Of a stretch of 64,000 nucleotides of DNA, positions 1 through 13,224 are shown in pieces; the stretch's first letter is position 1; each line of letters begins with the position of its first letter. Under the pieces are notes generated by a model. It did no database searches and was not told where the DNA came from. It saw nothing but the letters and a program-made list of their open reading frames with translations. The DNA is taken from NCBI GenBank assembly GCA_951406725.2, contig OX597817.1, forward strand, positions 16,988,001 through 17,052,000, in the 5' to 3' direction. This DNA is from Octopus vulgaris (Eukaryota). Both the position numbers and the translations under genes were made by a program.

Positions 1-127
1 AAGCCTAGTCCAGTAATGATTCTATTACAGACTAGAAATAAATGATAGAAGGTATTAGTTTTTTCTAAAGAGTTCTTCACTGCCTTTAAAAATAAATGTA
101 AACAAGGTTAGTATGATTCTTATTATA

Positions 128-296
128 GGCGCAGGAGTGGCTGTGTGGTAAGTAGCTTGTTTACCAACCACATGGTTCTGGGTTCAGTCCCACTGCGTGG
201 CACCTTGGGCAAGTGTCTTCTGCTATAGCCTCGGGCCGACCAAAGCCTTGTGAGTGGATTTGGTAGACGGAAACTGAAAGGAGCCCGTCGTATATA

Positions 297-336
<40 letters not shown>

Positions 337-542
337 TGTGTGTGTGTGTGTTTGTTCCCCTAGCATTGCTTGACAACCGATGCTGGTGTGTTTATGTCCC
401 CGTTACTTAGCGGTTCGGCAAAAAGAGACCCGATAGAATAAGTACTGGACTTACAAAAGAATAAGTCCCGGGGTCGAGTTGCTCGACTAAAGGCGGTGCT
501 CCAGCATGGCCGCAGTCAAATGACTGAAACAAGTTAAAGAGT
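128..542 (+). mobile_element. tRNA-derived SINE, family A (~410 bp, internal (TA)n/(TG)n)
   Basis: GGCGCAGGAGTGGCTGTGTGG head with A box, B-box-like GGTTCAGTCCC, CACCTTGGGCAAGT, tail CATGGCCGCAGTCAAATGACTGAAACAAGT; about 20 copies in the window. Confidence 0.9.
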
Positions 543-2246
543 ATGGTGCATTTCAGGACAGGCTGACCGATGCAGCCCTGTGCTATACTGACTCCATACA
601 GGAGCTAAGAGTTAATGTCTCTCTGACAATGGTTTTAAGATAGTAAGGCATGATTTGAGGGTGATGTGACTGCTGTTCTTAGTAAATCAAGTTGCTGCAT
701 AAAGGCTCCCTCATTGCTTGTCTAACAGGTTTTTGTTGTTTAACCCAAGTTGGCTCTAATTAAACCAGTTTATAAACAAAGGCTTTCCTGCCATAATCAT
801 TCTTCTTTTCTTTTTTTTTCTTGGAAGTATAGTATTATCTGAGAGAGATTTAGTAGTCATTTGTAATAAGTTGAGTAGTCATATAGCAGATCCCTCATTA
901 GCTTTCCCAGGAGGTTTTAAATGGTGGTTTTGAACTGGCAGGCTGTTTGAAAGATGAGTTTGATTAAGTATTAAAAAATATGCTGAATGAAGTACTGCCT
1001 AATAAACTTGTATAAAGACACCATAGGCATTTCTGTATATTCATGTCTTTATGTATGTGAGTGCTCACAGACATAAATATATAGAAACTAAGCATTAGTA
1101 TTGTCAGTTGTGTAAGACAGAAGACTGCAAGGGTATGGATGTGTGATGCATATAAAAAATGATTATTGGGTAAAAAAAATTGTTTTATGATGCAAGTGGA
1201 AAGTATCTATTAGTGATAAGATTCATCTCAGGATGCTGAGCTTAAAACAGATCAGTGGAACCCATGCCAGCATGTAAAAAACCAAGTACAGAAATTACGA
1301 TTCTGTATATGCATAGCAACCGTAAGGGCAGTTAGTTATATATCTCTTTTAGTCATTTTTAATTCTATAAGAACTAATCAATGAAACCTATTCTGATATT
1401 GACATAGTTTCCTAATGGCAGGAAGGTAACTCAATCTTCTACCAGCAGTCTTTAATTTTAGCAGCTCCGAGTTAAAAGTCAAGTACTTTTTTAGTATCTT
1501 ACCCATTAATTTCGCTTGATGTCATCTGAAACAACCTGTTCATTATTCAGAAACTTGTTTTGTTTGTCGTTACAAGAGTTTCTTTTTCCTTTTATTTTTC
1601 TTAGTTTTTTTTTTTTCTTTCTTTCTTCTTCCAGGATTGTGGAAGGGGTATGTTCTTAGTACAGTCCTTCCTCAATTAGAGATTTGGTTGATTCATGTCA
1701 CAATATTTGTGGCGAACATGTAACATTAGACCTAATTACAAATTGTTGTTACACTTACATAGACACTCTAATTTATCTTGGTGAAGAATAATTAGATATA
1801 TTACTGAAAGTAAATTGAAAAAGAAAACATTTTTCTTGTCTGGAGATTACTATAAACAAGGTTTTTTGCTCTTTATTTTATTTTACTAGGATGATGGCCT
1901 TTATCACAAATATCCAATAGTAGAATATCAATCTTTATCAGTACTTGTAGTGAAATAATTGTTTTAACTTTTGGCACAAGGCCTGCAATTTTATGGGGAG
2001 TTTTTAGCCTCAAGCTCAGCACTTATCAACTTATCAACTCCAAAAGGATGAAAGGTAAAGTTGACCTCAATGGTATTTGAACTCAGAATGTGGAGAACCA
2101 GAAGAAATGCTGCTAAGCATTTTCTTACCCAAAATGCTAATGATTCTGCCAGCTCAGTGCCTTTCTGATTTTTATACTTTAGCACAAGACCAGCAATTTA
2201 AGTAGGGTGGTCTAGTTGATTATATCAACTAATGATTCTGTTAGAT

Positions 2247-2472
2247 CTGTGGTTCTCAACTGGGGACCACATAAGATTTTGTTGTTAAAATTTACCTGCA
2301 ATAAATTGCGTATACTTCTATGATACACACAGTGTTTTCACAACTCATTTTTATACAATTCCTAACAACATATAATTATAAAAATATAATGGGGTTCTTA
2401 AACATTGAATGGCTATGAGAGTAAAATAGGAATCAAAGGAGTTCATAGGCAAAAAATGGTTGAGAACTATTT
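2247..2472. mobile_element. degraded hAT/Charlie-like MITE
   Basis: ends C(T)GTGGTTCTCAAC ... GTTGAGAACTA form inverted termini. Confidence 0.5.
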
Positions 2473-2719
2473 GGTAGATCATCACTTTAGATGGGTGATA
2501 TACTACAAAGTTACTTTCTCAACAGTGTTTAGATTATCTGGAGAGCCTCCTATCTAAGGAATCAATTTTAGTCAGACAACCAGCAACAATACAAGACAGA
2601 ACACTTAATAATTTTCAGATACCATCTTTGAATCTACTGAAAAAGACACATTACAAACTCATGGTATCCAAATCTCTTTAATTGCATTCTGTAGCAGCTA
2701 TTTCTAAAGAAAGTCCAGT

Positions 2720-3100
2720 ACAGGTGTGGCTGTGTGGTTAAAAAGTTTGCTTTGTAACCAAATAGTTTTTTGGTCCTGTCTCATTGCATGGCAACTTGGG
2801 TATATGCCTTCTATTGTAGCTCTGGGCCAACCAGTACCTTGTGGGTGAATTTGTTAAATGGAAACTGAGAGTGTATGTCTTTGTGTTTATCACCCCCACC
2901 ACTTAACAACCATTGTTGGTTTGTATAAGTCTCTGTAACTTAGCAGTTTGGTAAAAGAGACCAAAAATATAAGTACCAGATTTAAAAGGTAAAAAACCCC
3001 TCAAAAATGAAGTACTGGGGGGGGAATATGTTAAACTAAAGACCCTCCAAGGTGATGCCCCAATTTGGCCACAGTTCAGTGACTGAAACAAGTGAAAGTA
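2720..3100 (+). mobile_element. old SINE family A copy
   Basis: diverged match to 128-542 from head to TGACTGAAACAAGT tail. Confidence 0.75.
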
Positions 3101-3993
3101 AGTTTGTTACTCATGATAATTAAACTTATCAAGCTCTTCTCCAAACTCTATGACCTAATTGTTGCTGACTCAGGCCATTACCAGTCTTACAAGACACTGA
3201 GTTTTTCCTAAATGAAATCTAGTTTTCTTTTGTCTACTTACTTTTATTGCCTCAAACTGTCTGTCTGTCTGTCTGTCATAAATATCATCTGTGAAAGTAA
3301 TCTGAAAAGCTTCTTAACCTTTTATCAAATAAAATCTCAAATAGAAGGCTGATCATGGATAGACATAGATATTTATATATGGTTAAGATTTCAACATTTC
3401 CCTCTTCTCTCTGTCATTTTCTAGCTTTCATTTATTTTCTCAACATGTAATTTAAAGAATCTGAGAAAATGCACATGTGCACACCACACGCATGCAATGT
3501 GCATGTCATGTGTATGCAATGTTCATGCGCACCAATGCTCACACACACAATGCACACGTGCTCACGTGCACATTCATGCAATGGTAATCAACATTGAATT
3601 TTTAATAATTGTAGGATTTGGTTTCCTTCTGTTTAATGGCTTAGATGATGGCTGAAAACCTCTATTATTACAATACGATTTTTAAAGACCAAAATGATGC
3701 AGGATGTGCAGAGCCAACAATAGAACCTATCTAGTCATTCAACATGCTAGAAATAAGTCTGATCTCCCTCAAATCATATTCTGCAATCTTAAAAATAGAC
3801 ATGTTGCTTAAGTTAGTCCTCAATGCACTTTTTCCATGTTAGTATGGGTTAGATAGTTTGATAGGAACTGACTGACAAGCCAGAAGACTGCGCCAAGCTC
3901 TAGTGTCTGCTTCGGCATGGTTCCAATGGCTGGATGCCCTTCCTAATGCCAACTATTTTATATTGTATCGAGTGCTTTTTATGTGGAATTGGC

Positions 3994-4028
<35 letters not shown>

Positions 4029-4412
4029 TGTGGTTGAAGTTTGCTTCCAAGCCACATGGTTTTGACTTCAGTTACATGTGTGTATGTATGCAACATCCAT
4101 GCAATTGCCACTTAAAAAGTTCCTGTGCTGATGCAACATAAAAAGCACTTGGTTCACTCTGTAAAGTGGTTGGCATTAGGATGGGCATCCAGCTGTAGAA
4201 ACCATGCCAAAACAGACAATTTGAGCCTGGTGCAGCTCTCCAGGCTTCAATGGTCAAACCGTCCAACCCATGCCAGCATGGAAAATGGTTATTAAATAGT
4301 GATGATATATAAATAAATTGTTAGCAAGGAGTGGAGTGAGCAAGTTGTTTTATTACATATATTTACAATTGTTTCACTGGCATTTGAACTCGAGAGTATT
4401 GTTATATATTAT

Positions 4413-5118
4413 ATAGGGTGACCACAATCATGCACCATGGGAGATAGCAAGTATGCTTTATTAGCAATGAAGTAGGTAATCCATTACAAATGTTCAAAGT
4501 GTTGGCCATGTAGCTCTAAACAAGTGTTCATACGGAATTTGAAATTGTGATGAACCCTCTCAAATATCTCTTCATTGCCGATGACTTGTTCACACGCTTC
4601 AACAATTCTTTGAGGATGATGTCCTTGGTCATGACTCTTCAGAATACACAAGGGATTTAATGTAACCCCAGAAAAAAAGACCATGGGAGTTAAAGCTGGT
4701 GGCCACAGTTCCCATTCAATTGGTCTGCGATGCTTGAGCCATTTCCCTGGAAAATGTTCATTCAGAAATTCATGAACCTGTAATGCATAATGGAGGGAAA
4801 CCCCCATCCTGCTGAAAACTAGATAGGTTTTTCCCCCCTTTCAAGTGAATGCACGTGAGGCATCATCTTGTTGACAAGCATGTCCAGATACGGATCACCT
4901 GTCATAGAACCCTCAAAATAAAATGGTCCAATTACTTGATTGTGCCAAATCCCCCACCACACCATTACCTTGCCCCTTCCTTGTTGATTATATGCCACCA
5001 TCCAATGAGGATTGGTTTGTGAGTAAATCAGCGGTTGTAAAAAGCGATTAAAAAAAAAAGAGAATGTCAGCAATTTCCCATATCGCAGTATGATGCATGA
5101 CTTTATGAACCCCTTATA
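4413..5118 (-). pseudogene. decayed Tc1/mariner-superfamily transposase (DDD catalytic region)
   Basis: frameshifted ORFs 4819-5073 and 4484-4807: KVMVWWGIW..VIGPFYFEGSMTGDPYLDML, QQDG..HYALQVHEFLNEHFPGKW, WPP.LTP..FF, ..G.HFEHL*; degenerate TA-flanked ends. Confidence 0.85.
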
Positions 5119-5327
5119 TAATATATTTAACTATAGATTCTAAATGTATCATTATATCGATACAATTAAATGTCAGCTCATCAGAATCTTGCATGTAATA
5201 CATTTGCTGCTGAAAATTTGTATTATCACAAATTTGTTTGTATAGTCAATGTATTTATATGAATACATTTGCATATCACAAGTAAAACCAAGAAAAATAA
5301 ATACAGAATAACCCACAATTCAAATCC

Positions 5328-5558
5328 TATTTCTTTACTACCCACAAGGGGCTAAACACAGAGAGGACAAACAAGGACAGACAAACTGATTAAGTCGATT
5401 ATATCGACCCCAATGCATAACTGGTACTTAATTTATCGACCCCGAAAGGATGAAAGGCAAAGTCGACCTCGGCGGGATTTGAACTCAGAACGTAACGGCA
5501 GACGAAATACCGCTAAGCATTTCGCCCGACGTGCTAACGATTCTGCCAACTCGCCACC
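5328..5558 (-). mobile_element. tRNA-derived SINE, family B (~230 bp)
   Basis: matches 22014-22244; direct TSD ACAATTCAAATCC at 5315-5327 and 5559-5571. Confidence 0.9.
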
Positions 5559-6109
5559 ACAATTCAAATCCACTGGTCAATACATATGATGATGAGTAGA
5601 CAAAAGGATAAACATAGAACAAGATATTGTTGTTAGATATCATTTTCTGTTTCCAAAAAGTTTGTATCAGCCATGCATCTGTGGTCATGCTGGAGTACCA
5701 CCATTTTTATCCAGTTATTTTTTTTTCCCTCAGTTCATTTAGGCTTGAGAAGACCTGTCAAACCAAATGAAATTGCAGTCATGGCCAGTGCCAGTGTTTC
5801 GTAACTGGCACCTGTGCCAGTAGCATGTAAAAAGCACCCACTACACCCTTGGAGGGGTTGGCATTAGGAAGGGCATCCAGCTGTAGAAACCATGCCAAAT
5901 CAGACTGTAGTGGGTGCTTTTACGTGCCACCGGCACGAGGGCCAGTCAGAAACATGTGTAGATGTGTATATAGGCATAGCTGTGTTGTTCTCAGCATGTG
6001 GTTTTGGGTTTAGTTTTATTGTATGGGTAAGTCCCTTCTACTACTACGCCCCCCACACACATACTCCCCAGCTTTCTAGTTTTCAGTCAAACCATCCAAC
6101 TCATGCCAA

Positions 6110-6775
6110 CATGGAAAATCATCCTTGCTTACTTCATTTCTATCTAGTCTTCATGAACTCTATACATTGAAGACCCAAGTCTCATTACCATGCAGCTTCA
6201 CACTTTGTACACAAGTATCGTACAATCTGCCCTTTACTCTGTGAAAGATGCCTAAGTTTTTTGTATCCCTTTCTTACTCAGGCTACTCTTCTGTTGGTAT
6301 AATACCACTACTGATCTGTCACTTACAAAATCTACCTTCTTTGACAGACTACCTATGCTCCCACTACACCTTTTTATTCATCCATAGTTTACACTGTGTG
6401 CAACATATGGAATTTCTTTTTCTGGAGTTCCTTCACGGCAGCAAGGTCCTGTCTTTTTTCCTACTTACTAAAGCATTAGCTTCTATAAAGTTTACTTTGA
6501 GACCTCTTAATTCTAGATTTTGCTCCCAGGTCTAGAATTTCCTCTCTAAATCCTCTACAGATTCATCTATAAGAAGTCATTAGCATTCAAAAGTTCCCAT
6601 GGACAACAAGCTGAACTCGTTGCTGATTCTATGGCTTGTATGACCTCACATGCCATTTATCTCCATTCAGTTTACTTAGCAGCAACCAGATACAGAGCAT
6701 ATGACCCTGTCAATGGCCTTCTCTAAGTCAACAAATGTTGAGTATACAGGCTTACTCTTAGCTAAGTACTTCCGT
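6110..6775 (-). pseudogene. RTE-clade LINE reverse-transcriptase fragment
   Basis: minus strand reads KYLAKSKPVYSTFVDLEKAIDRV and DESVEDLERKF*TWEQNLESRGLKVN, typical RTE RT motifs with stops. Confidence 0.8.
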
Positions 6776-6789
6776 GAGGATCAAGCTAT

Positions 6790-7045
6790 GTGAGGTGGTA
6801 TGTGAAAAAAAAAACGCCCTTCAAACTTTGGGCCTCACAGAGGCAGTGACAAGTGACAGAGACCTTTGGCAATACACCATACTTGAGAAGACCTGTCAAG
6901 CCAAATGAAATTGCAGTCGTGGCCAATGCCAGTGTTTCGTAACTGGCACCTGTGCCAATAGCATGTAAAAAGCACCCACTACACTCTTGGAGGGGTTGGC
7001 ATTAGGAAGGGCATCCAACTGTAGAAACCATGCCAAATCAGACTG
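6790..7045 (+). mobile_element. RTE LINE ORF end plus 3' UTR
   Basis: LQTLGLTEAVTSDRDLWQYTILEKTCQAK* followed by GGTTGGCATTAGGAAGGGCATCC UTR motif. Confidence 0.75.
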
Positions 7046-7098
7046 TAGTGGGTGCTTTTATGTGCCACCGGCACAAGGGCCAGTCAGAAGCATATGTA

Positions 7099-7478
7099 CA
7101 CTTGCGTCAGAAATTAATTAGCACTTCTCAAATTTCTACATTAAATAGGTTAAATCAATTAACCTATGAGCTGTTCAAAACGTCTTACGCGATGAGAAAA
7201 CTTAGTACGGTGTGATTTCGGTCCTTGCGAGGCGCTACCTATATCTATTAAACAAAGGAAGATTTGTCTGCATCCGCACTCCAAGTTGTTGTTGCACTGC
7301 TATGTCAACATCATAAGGCTGTAGACTCTCAAACTGCTCTGCAAACAAAGTTACGTCATCGTTCTGCGCAACAGTGAACTCGCAACAAAGCAATAGTTCG
7401 AGATATGGCCACTAGGTGACAGCACATACCTTGAGTGAAGAGCAAATCAAGGGTGCTAATTAATTTCTGACGGTAGTG
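7099..7478. mobile_element. Tc1/mariner-type MITE (380 bp)
   Basis: 26-bp TIR CACTTGCGTCAGAAATTAATTAGCAC / GTGCTAATTAATTTCTGACGGTAGTG, TA TSD; empty site present in the paralogous block near 5958. Confidence 0.9.
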
Positions 7479-9571
7479 TAGATGTGTATATAGGCATAGC
7501 TGTGTTGTTCCCAGCATGTGGTTTTGGGTTTAGTTTTATTGTATGGGTAAGTCCCTTCTACTACTACTACGCCCCACACACACATACTCCCCAGCTTTCT
7601 AGTTTTCAGTCAAACCATCCAACTCATGCCAACATGGAAAATCATCCTTGCTTACTTCATTTCTATCTAGTCTTCATGAACTCTATACATTCAAGACCCA
7701 CAAGTATCATACAATCTGCCCATTACTCTGTGAAAGATGCCTAAGTTTTTTGTATCCCTTTCTTACTCAGGTTACTCTTCTGCTGATATAATACCACTAC
7801 TGATCTGCCACTTACAATATCTATCTTCTTTGACAGTGTACCTATGCTCCCACTACCCCTTTTTATTCATCCATAGTTTTCACTGTGTGCAACATATGGA
7901 ATTTTTCTGCAGTTCCTTAACGGCAGCAAGGTTTAGTTTTATTGTATGGGTTAGTCCCTTCTACTACTATGCCCCCACACACACATACTCCCCAGCTTTC
8001 TAGTTTTCAGACAAACCATCCAACCCATGCCAACATGGAAAACAGACATTAAATGATGATGGTGATGATGTGTGTATATTTGTGGATGCATGTATGCATG
8101 TATTCCTTTGTATATGTATTAACATTGCCAATATATTTCAACGCATGGAGATCTCTGTGCTCTTGGTTGCATATCTTCTCACCGGGGCATCAGCCTGATA
8201 GTCTTATTAATGACATGGAATGCCAAATGGTTTATTAATTGTTGTTGACAGACAGTTTATTGATTATTAGTGGTGATAATAATCAGTTATGCGCAAATAT
8301 GTAGAGGTAAATGTTTATATATGTGTGTGCACGTGCATGCGTGCGCGTGCACTCCTGTATGCACGACTTCTTAATTTGTATATTATTATTATTTGAAATT
8401 TTCCTCCAAGGAAGAAACTGGTTTCTAACAAAGAAATTCTCCAATAGAATTTAGATAACAAATTTATATGGTTCATGTTGAAGTTGGAAAAAAATGTCTT
8501 TGATATTTCTATGTTCCCTTCACAGATTATACTTGTAAAGAACACATTAGCCGGTTGCCTTACTTCACTTGAAGATCTTTAGCAAACGTTTCAATGACAA
8601 TCTACAAAAGCTTGCATAACCAAATGCACCGATAACTATTGATATAAATGTGAATTTATAATCAGGATACAAAAACTGGAAGTTTCAAAGCAGTATCCAT
8701 AAATATTCTTCTTCTCACTGGTTTTGGAACAAATTATCACATCTGCATTACAGCTGATGTCTTCTGTCTATACATAATTTTTCTTTCCTCTCTTGGCCAG
8801 CTATGTCGGGTCTGTTATGTTTACTTTTGGCAGTGTTTTAATGGAATGTTCCACCAATATTCCTTGTGTTGATATGTATATATATTCAATAGGAGCATTG
8901 TCTATTTTTATCCCAGGACATTTTTTTCTCACAGATGACATTGTATATTGTTTTAGCAAGCAACAGCATATGGCAATGGGAGATAGTAACTTGATGACAT
9001 GTTTTTGGCAGCTGGTGATCACATAAGTAATGCCTTCCACAGAAGTGTGACATAATCAACATTTTTGGTTGCATCTTGGGGTTTCAGGGCTTCCACCATC
9101 CCTTTTAAGTATTTATAGCTATCTCCTGCTTTTTGATTGCAAAAGCATAACCTTCAAGATGTAACCTGATATGATACAATGGTCATGAGTCCAAGAGAGG
9201 TTACAATGATATATATACATGCAGACACACACATATATCCATACACATAAACATATATATAGATGTGTATGTGTAAACATGTGTAGATGTGTATATAGGC
9301 ATAGCTGTGTTGTTCCCAGCATGTGGTTTTGGATTTAGTCTTATTGTATGGGTAAGTCCCTTCTACTACTACAACCCCCCCCCCACACACACACACACAC
9401 ACATACACACTGCAGTGGGCTTCTTTCAGTTTCCATTTTGCTGAAGGTTCCATGCAGTGCAGCTGCACCTGGAATCAGGTGGTTGTGGAACAAACTTAAT
9501 TAAATATGCAGCCACACCTGTACCTATCATAAATATATATGTATATTATATATAAGAGTATATTATAAATA

Positions 9572-9902
9572 TCATCATCATCATCATCATCGCTTAACGT
9601 CCATTTTCCATGCTGGCATGGGTTGGACAGTTTGACTGGGGACTGGTAAATCAGGAATGTGCACCAGGCTCCAATCTGATCTGGCAATATTTCTACAGCT
9701 GGATGCCCTTCCTGACATCAACCACTCCAAGAGTGTAGTGGGTGCTTTTTACGTTCCACCGGCACAGGACCCAGTCAGGTGGCACTGGCATCAGCCATGT
9801 TCGGATGATGCTTTTTATGTGCTACCAGCACAGGAGCTAGTCAGGGCAGTGGGGCTGGTATCAACTACATTTGGATGGTGCTTTTTTACATGCCACTGGC
9901 AG
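9572..9902 (-). mobile_element. RTE LINE 3' UTR fragment with (GAT)n tail
   Basis: (CAT)n-CGCTTAACGTCCATTTTCCATGCTGGCATGGGTTGGAC start, same family as 27270-27758. Confidence 0.85.
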
Positions 9903-10162
9903 TAAATATATATATGTATATATGAGTATATTGTAAATATATATGTGTGTGTATGTATAAAATATATATGAATTAATAGAATGACAAGGGAGCAAGAATT
10001 ACTTAATCAACTTCATTGCTTGCAACTGTTTTTCTATGAAAAGTACTGTACTCTGAACTGAGCCCTTGTGCATTTCCTTATAGCTTCCTCAAAGCCTTTA
10101 AAATAAGTGCATGTTTATTTCTACATTACATTTTAAAGACTCCAAGAAATATATATATATAT

Positions 10163-10346
10163 AAAATAGTTTTTCAAATGGCCAGATAACCGAAGAGATG
10201 GTGTTGTGGATTTCCACTTCGGCATCTGAAACTCAGAGTTTTATCTTGACTATTGAGTAATTGTAACATATTATTTTATAGATAAATTTCCTCTATTTAC
10301 ATAATATTGAGGTCTCTTTCTTTCTTTTGTTATCTTACCATTTTTA

Positions 10347-10350
<4 letters not shown>
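10163..10350 (+). mobile_element. hammerhead-containing Penelope-like terminal repeat, family H2 (single copy)
   Basis: GATAA-CCGAAGA-GATG..CATC-T-GAAA-CTCAGAG-TT-TTATC at 10185-10245; matches 41108-41368; flanked by (TA)n on both sides. Confidence 0.7.
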
Positions 10351-10412
<62 letters not shown>

Positions 10413-11351
10413 ATGATGTACAAGCACTCAGCTCTGAGAGCAGTGCTTCTTAGAGCAGAAACAGCTATAAGCCAATACATTTAATTACATTGTTCCTTTT
10501 AATCCCATTAATTCATATTACTTTTGTCATCCCGTTAATTCATATTATATTCTTTATTTGCCTAATGCTTTATTCTGAAGCACATACACATATTGAGTTC
10601 TAACAAGTTATTAGTATTTCTATTCCAAAACAAAAAATTATGTGTGGAATTGTGATTTAGACTGGTACTCCAGATTCTGTTTCTTCAGTTTCAACATATG
10701 ACACCTGTTTTGAATCCACAGGATTCCTTCCATAATCCCCAATTTCAGCTAGCTATTCTGAAACTAGCAGATTTAAGTGCCATGTAAAAGGACACAGTTT
10801 ATTACCAGTTGTGTCATATGCAATGACAACATTTTACCACAGGGTATAAACAATCTCATCAACTCATTCTTTCTGAAAGCATAACAGCAATAGCTTAGAT
10901 TCATGTGTTTATAATAGATTGATGTTTAGAGAGAAAAAAAAAAAAGAGATTTGTTTTATAAATTGCCAGTTGTAAGAATGTGTTTTCCAAAGCTATATGT
11001 AATACCTTTTGAAAATTGTATAAATATATTGAGAATTTATGTGGTGTTTTGTGTGGAGATATTTCAGACACCAACAAATTATCAGATTACTCCATATTAT
11101 AAGCTTCCATAGAGAATGGAATGAAAGCAAAGTAATTGAAAAGAGATGGATGGTTTTGAACCACACACACACACACACACACACTATTACGCACACATCT
11201 CTATGAAATAGTGTGCGTGTGTATATATATATATATACATACATATATATATAAAGCTTGGAATTAAAGGGTCTTAAAGTTAGAAAAAAAAAATTTGAAG
11301 CAGGAAAATACAGGCTGTTAATTCCTTCAGAAAAATAGTTCTGTTTGATAC

Positions 11352-11738
11352 TCTTTTACTTGTTTCAGTCATTTGACTGTGGCCATGCTGGAGCATCACC
11401 TTTTAGTTGAATAGATTGACCTAGGACCTATTCTTCGTAAGCTTGGTACTCACTCTATCGGTCTCTTTTGCTGAGCCTCCAAGTTACGGGGACATAAACT
11501 CACCAGCATCGATTGTCTAGGGTGGGTGGGGGTGAACAGACACAGACACGCACATAAATATACACACACACGCACATCTGATGGGCTTCTTTCAGTTTTT
11601 ATCTACCAAATCCACTCACGAGGCTTTGGTGAGCCCGAGGCTATAGTAGGAAACACTTGCCCAAGGTACCACGCAGTAGGACTGAACCTGGAACCATGTG
11701 GTTGGGAAGCAAGCTTCTTACCATACTGACACTCCTGC
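11352..11738 (-). mobile_element. SINE family A
   Basis: reverse match to 128-542. Confidence 0.85.
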
Positions 11739-11858
11739 ATAGAAAAATTGTTGGTAAAACTTCTATATGGTATACCCAGTGCAAGCTGGGGACACATAAG
11801 GGGCGCAGTGGAATCACAAGAAGATTAACAGAAAAAGTGGCAGATTCACAGGAGCAAT

Positions 11859-12243
11859 GGATGGAAGCACTCCGTCGGTTACGACGACGAGGGTTCCTGT
11901 TGATCCGATCAACGGAACAGCCTGCTCGTGAAATTAACATGTAAGTGGCTGAGCACTCCACAGACACGTGTACCCTTAACGTAGTTCTTGGGGAGATTCA
12001 GTGTGACACAGATAGTGACAAGGCTGGCCCTTTGAAATATAGGTACAACAGAAACAGGAAGTAAGAGTGAGAGAAAGTTGTGGTGAAAGAGTACAGCAGG
12101 GATCACCACCATCCCTGCCGGAGCCTCATGGAGCTTTAGGTGTTTTCGCTCAATAAACACTCACAACGCCCGGTCTGGGAATCGAAACCGCGATCCTACG
12201 ACAGCGAGTCCGCTGCCCTAACCCCTGGGCCATTGCGCCTCCA
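11859..12243 (-). mobile_element. tRNA-derived SINE, family C (~385 bp, possibly octopus OR1-like)
   Basis: head GGAGGCGCAATGGCCCAG..GGTTTCGATTCCC; TSD ACAGGAGCAAT at 11848-11858 and 12244-12254; second copy at 49308. Confidence 0.9.
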
Positions 12244-12244
12244 A

Positions 12245-12875
12245 CAGGAGCAATAATCAATAAGAACACATAGGAAGTAGATTCTCTCGAATGAACCAAA
12301 GGATCCTTAAAGTTAGTTGATAGGTTCTGTTTCCTAGGTGATTAAGTTAGCAGTAGAAAAGGATATTGTGATGTCAGGTCTTATTTTAGTAATTGCTAGA
12401 ATAAGACCTGACTGAAGAAGTTCAGAGCTATTACCTCTATTTGTAGGAAAAAACCTCTCTCTCAGTGAAGGACAGGTTGTATGTTGCTTGTATACGAACA
12501 GCAGTGCTACATGTTTTGTGAACTGTGAATGCAAAGGACATGTGGAGGCTAGAAAGATATGAAGCTTGCATAGCTTGCTGGATGTGCAATATCAATGTGC
12601 ATATATAACCAAGTGCAAATGTGTTGAAAGAAAAGTTGGGCATAAGAGGCATCAGATGTAAGATTGCGCTGGGATGGCCATGTGATGTGTATGGATGAGG
12701 ACAACTGCATAAAGAAATGTTAATCACTAAAAATGAATGGAACTTGTGAGACTTAGGAAAAAAATATGGGATGAAATTGTGAAGTCTGACCTTAGGATGT
12801 TGAACCTCCATGGAGGAGATGACGAAGGGCTGGAATGATTATTTGCTGTGCTCCAGAAGACCCATCCATCTCAGC
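12245..12875 (+). pseudogene. degraded RTE LINE C-terminal ORF fragment
   Basis: VKDRLYVACIRTAVL and LRWDGHVM motifs; ends like the RTE ORF end at 6820-6910. Confidence 0.7.
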
Positions 12876-13224
12876 AAAAATGAGGCCCTAAAATTATTAT
12901 CATTTGTCTTTGCCCCTGCATTCAATTTATCCCTGTCAAGTCTCTTCCTGACAACACATCTTCCTAACATTCATCCCCACCATCACTCTTCTGACTACAT
13001 CACTATTCACTCAGCTGCTGTAATTATATGAGAGCAGAATTGCAAATATTTCACCTCCATCTTTTGTACTACCAGTTATCACTCTCCCTAGAAACACTTC
13101 CGTTTGTTACCCCCATTTCTCAGTATCATCCCATACCATTTCATTTTCCTCTAAACACCCCTTTCACCTCCTTTTCCTTTGTATACCCTCTTTTATCTAC
13201 CAATGACAGATACCTTTGTCCAAA

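Larger units (their letters stand above)
5744..7931. repeat. local direct duplication (5744-6445 vs 6882-7931)
   Basis: both blocks start CTTGAGAAGACCTGTCAA and run near-identically to CGGCAGCAAGG; duplicated ORF translations (MPNQTVVGAF, MPKFFVSLSYSGYSS). Confidence 0.9.

Noticed and set aside
161-376. Recurrent ORFs such as MSSNARGTNT and MLGGQTQTH
   Set aside because: Antisense translations of SINE family A.
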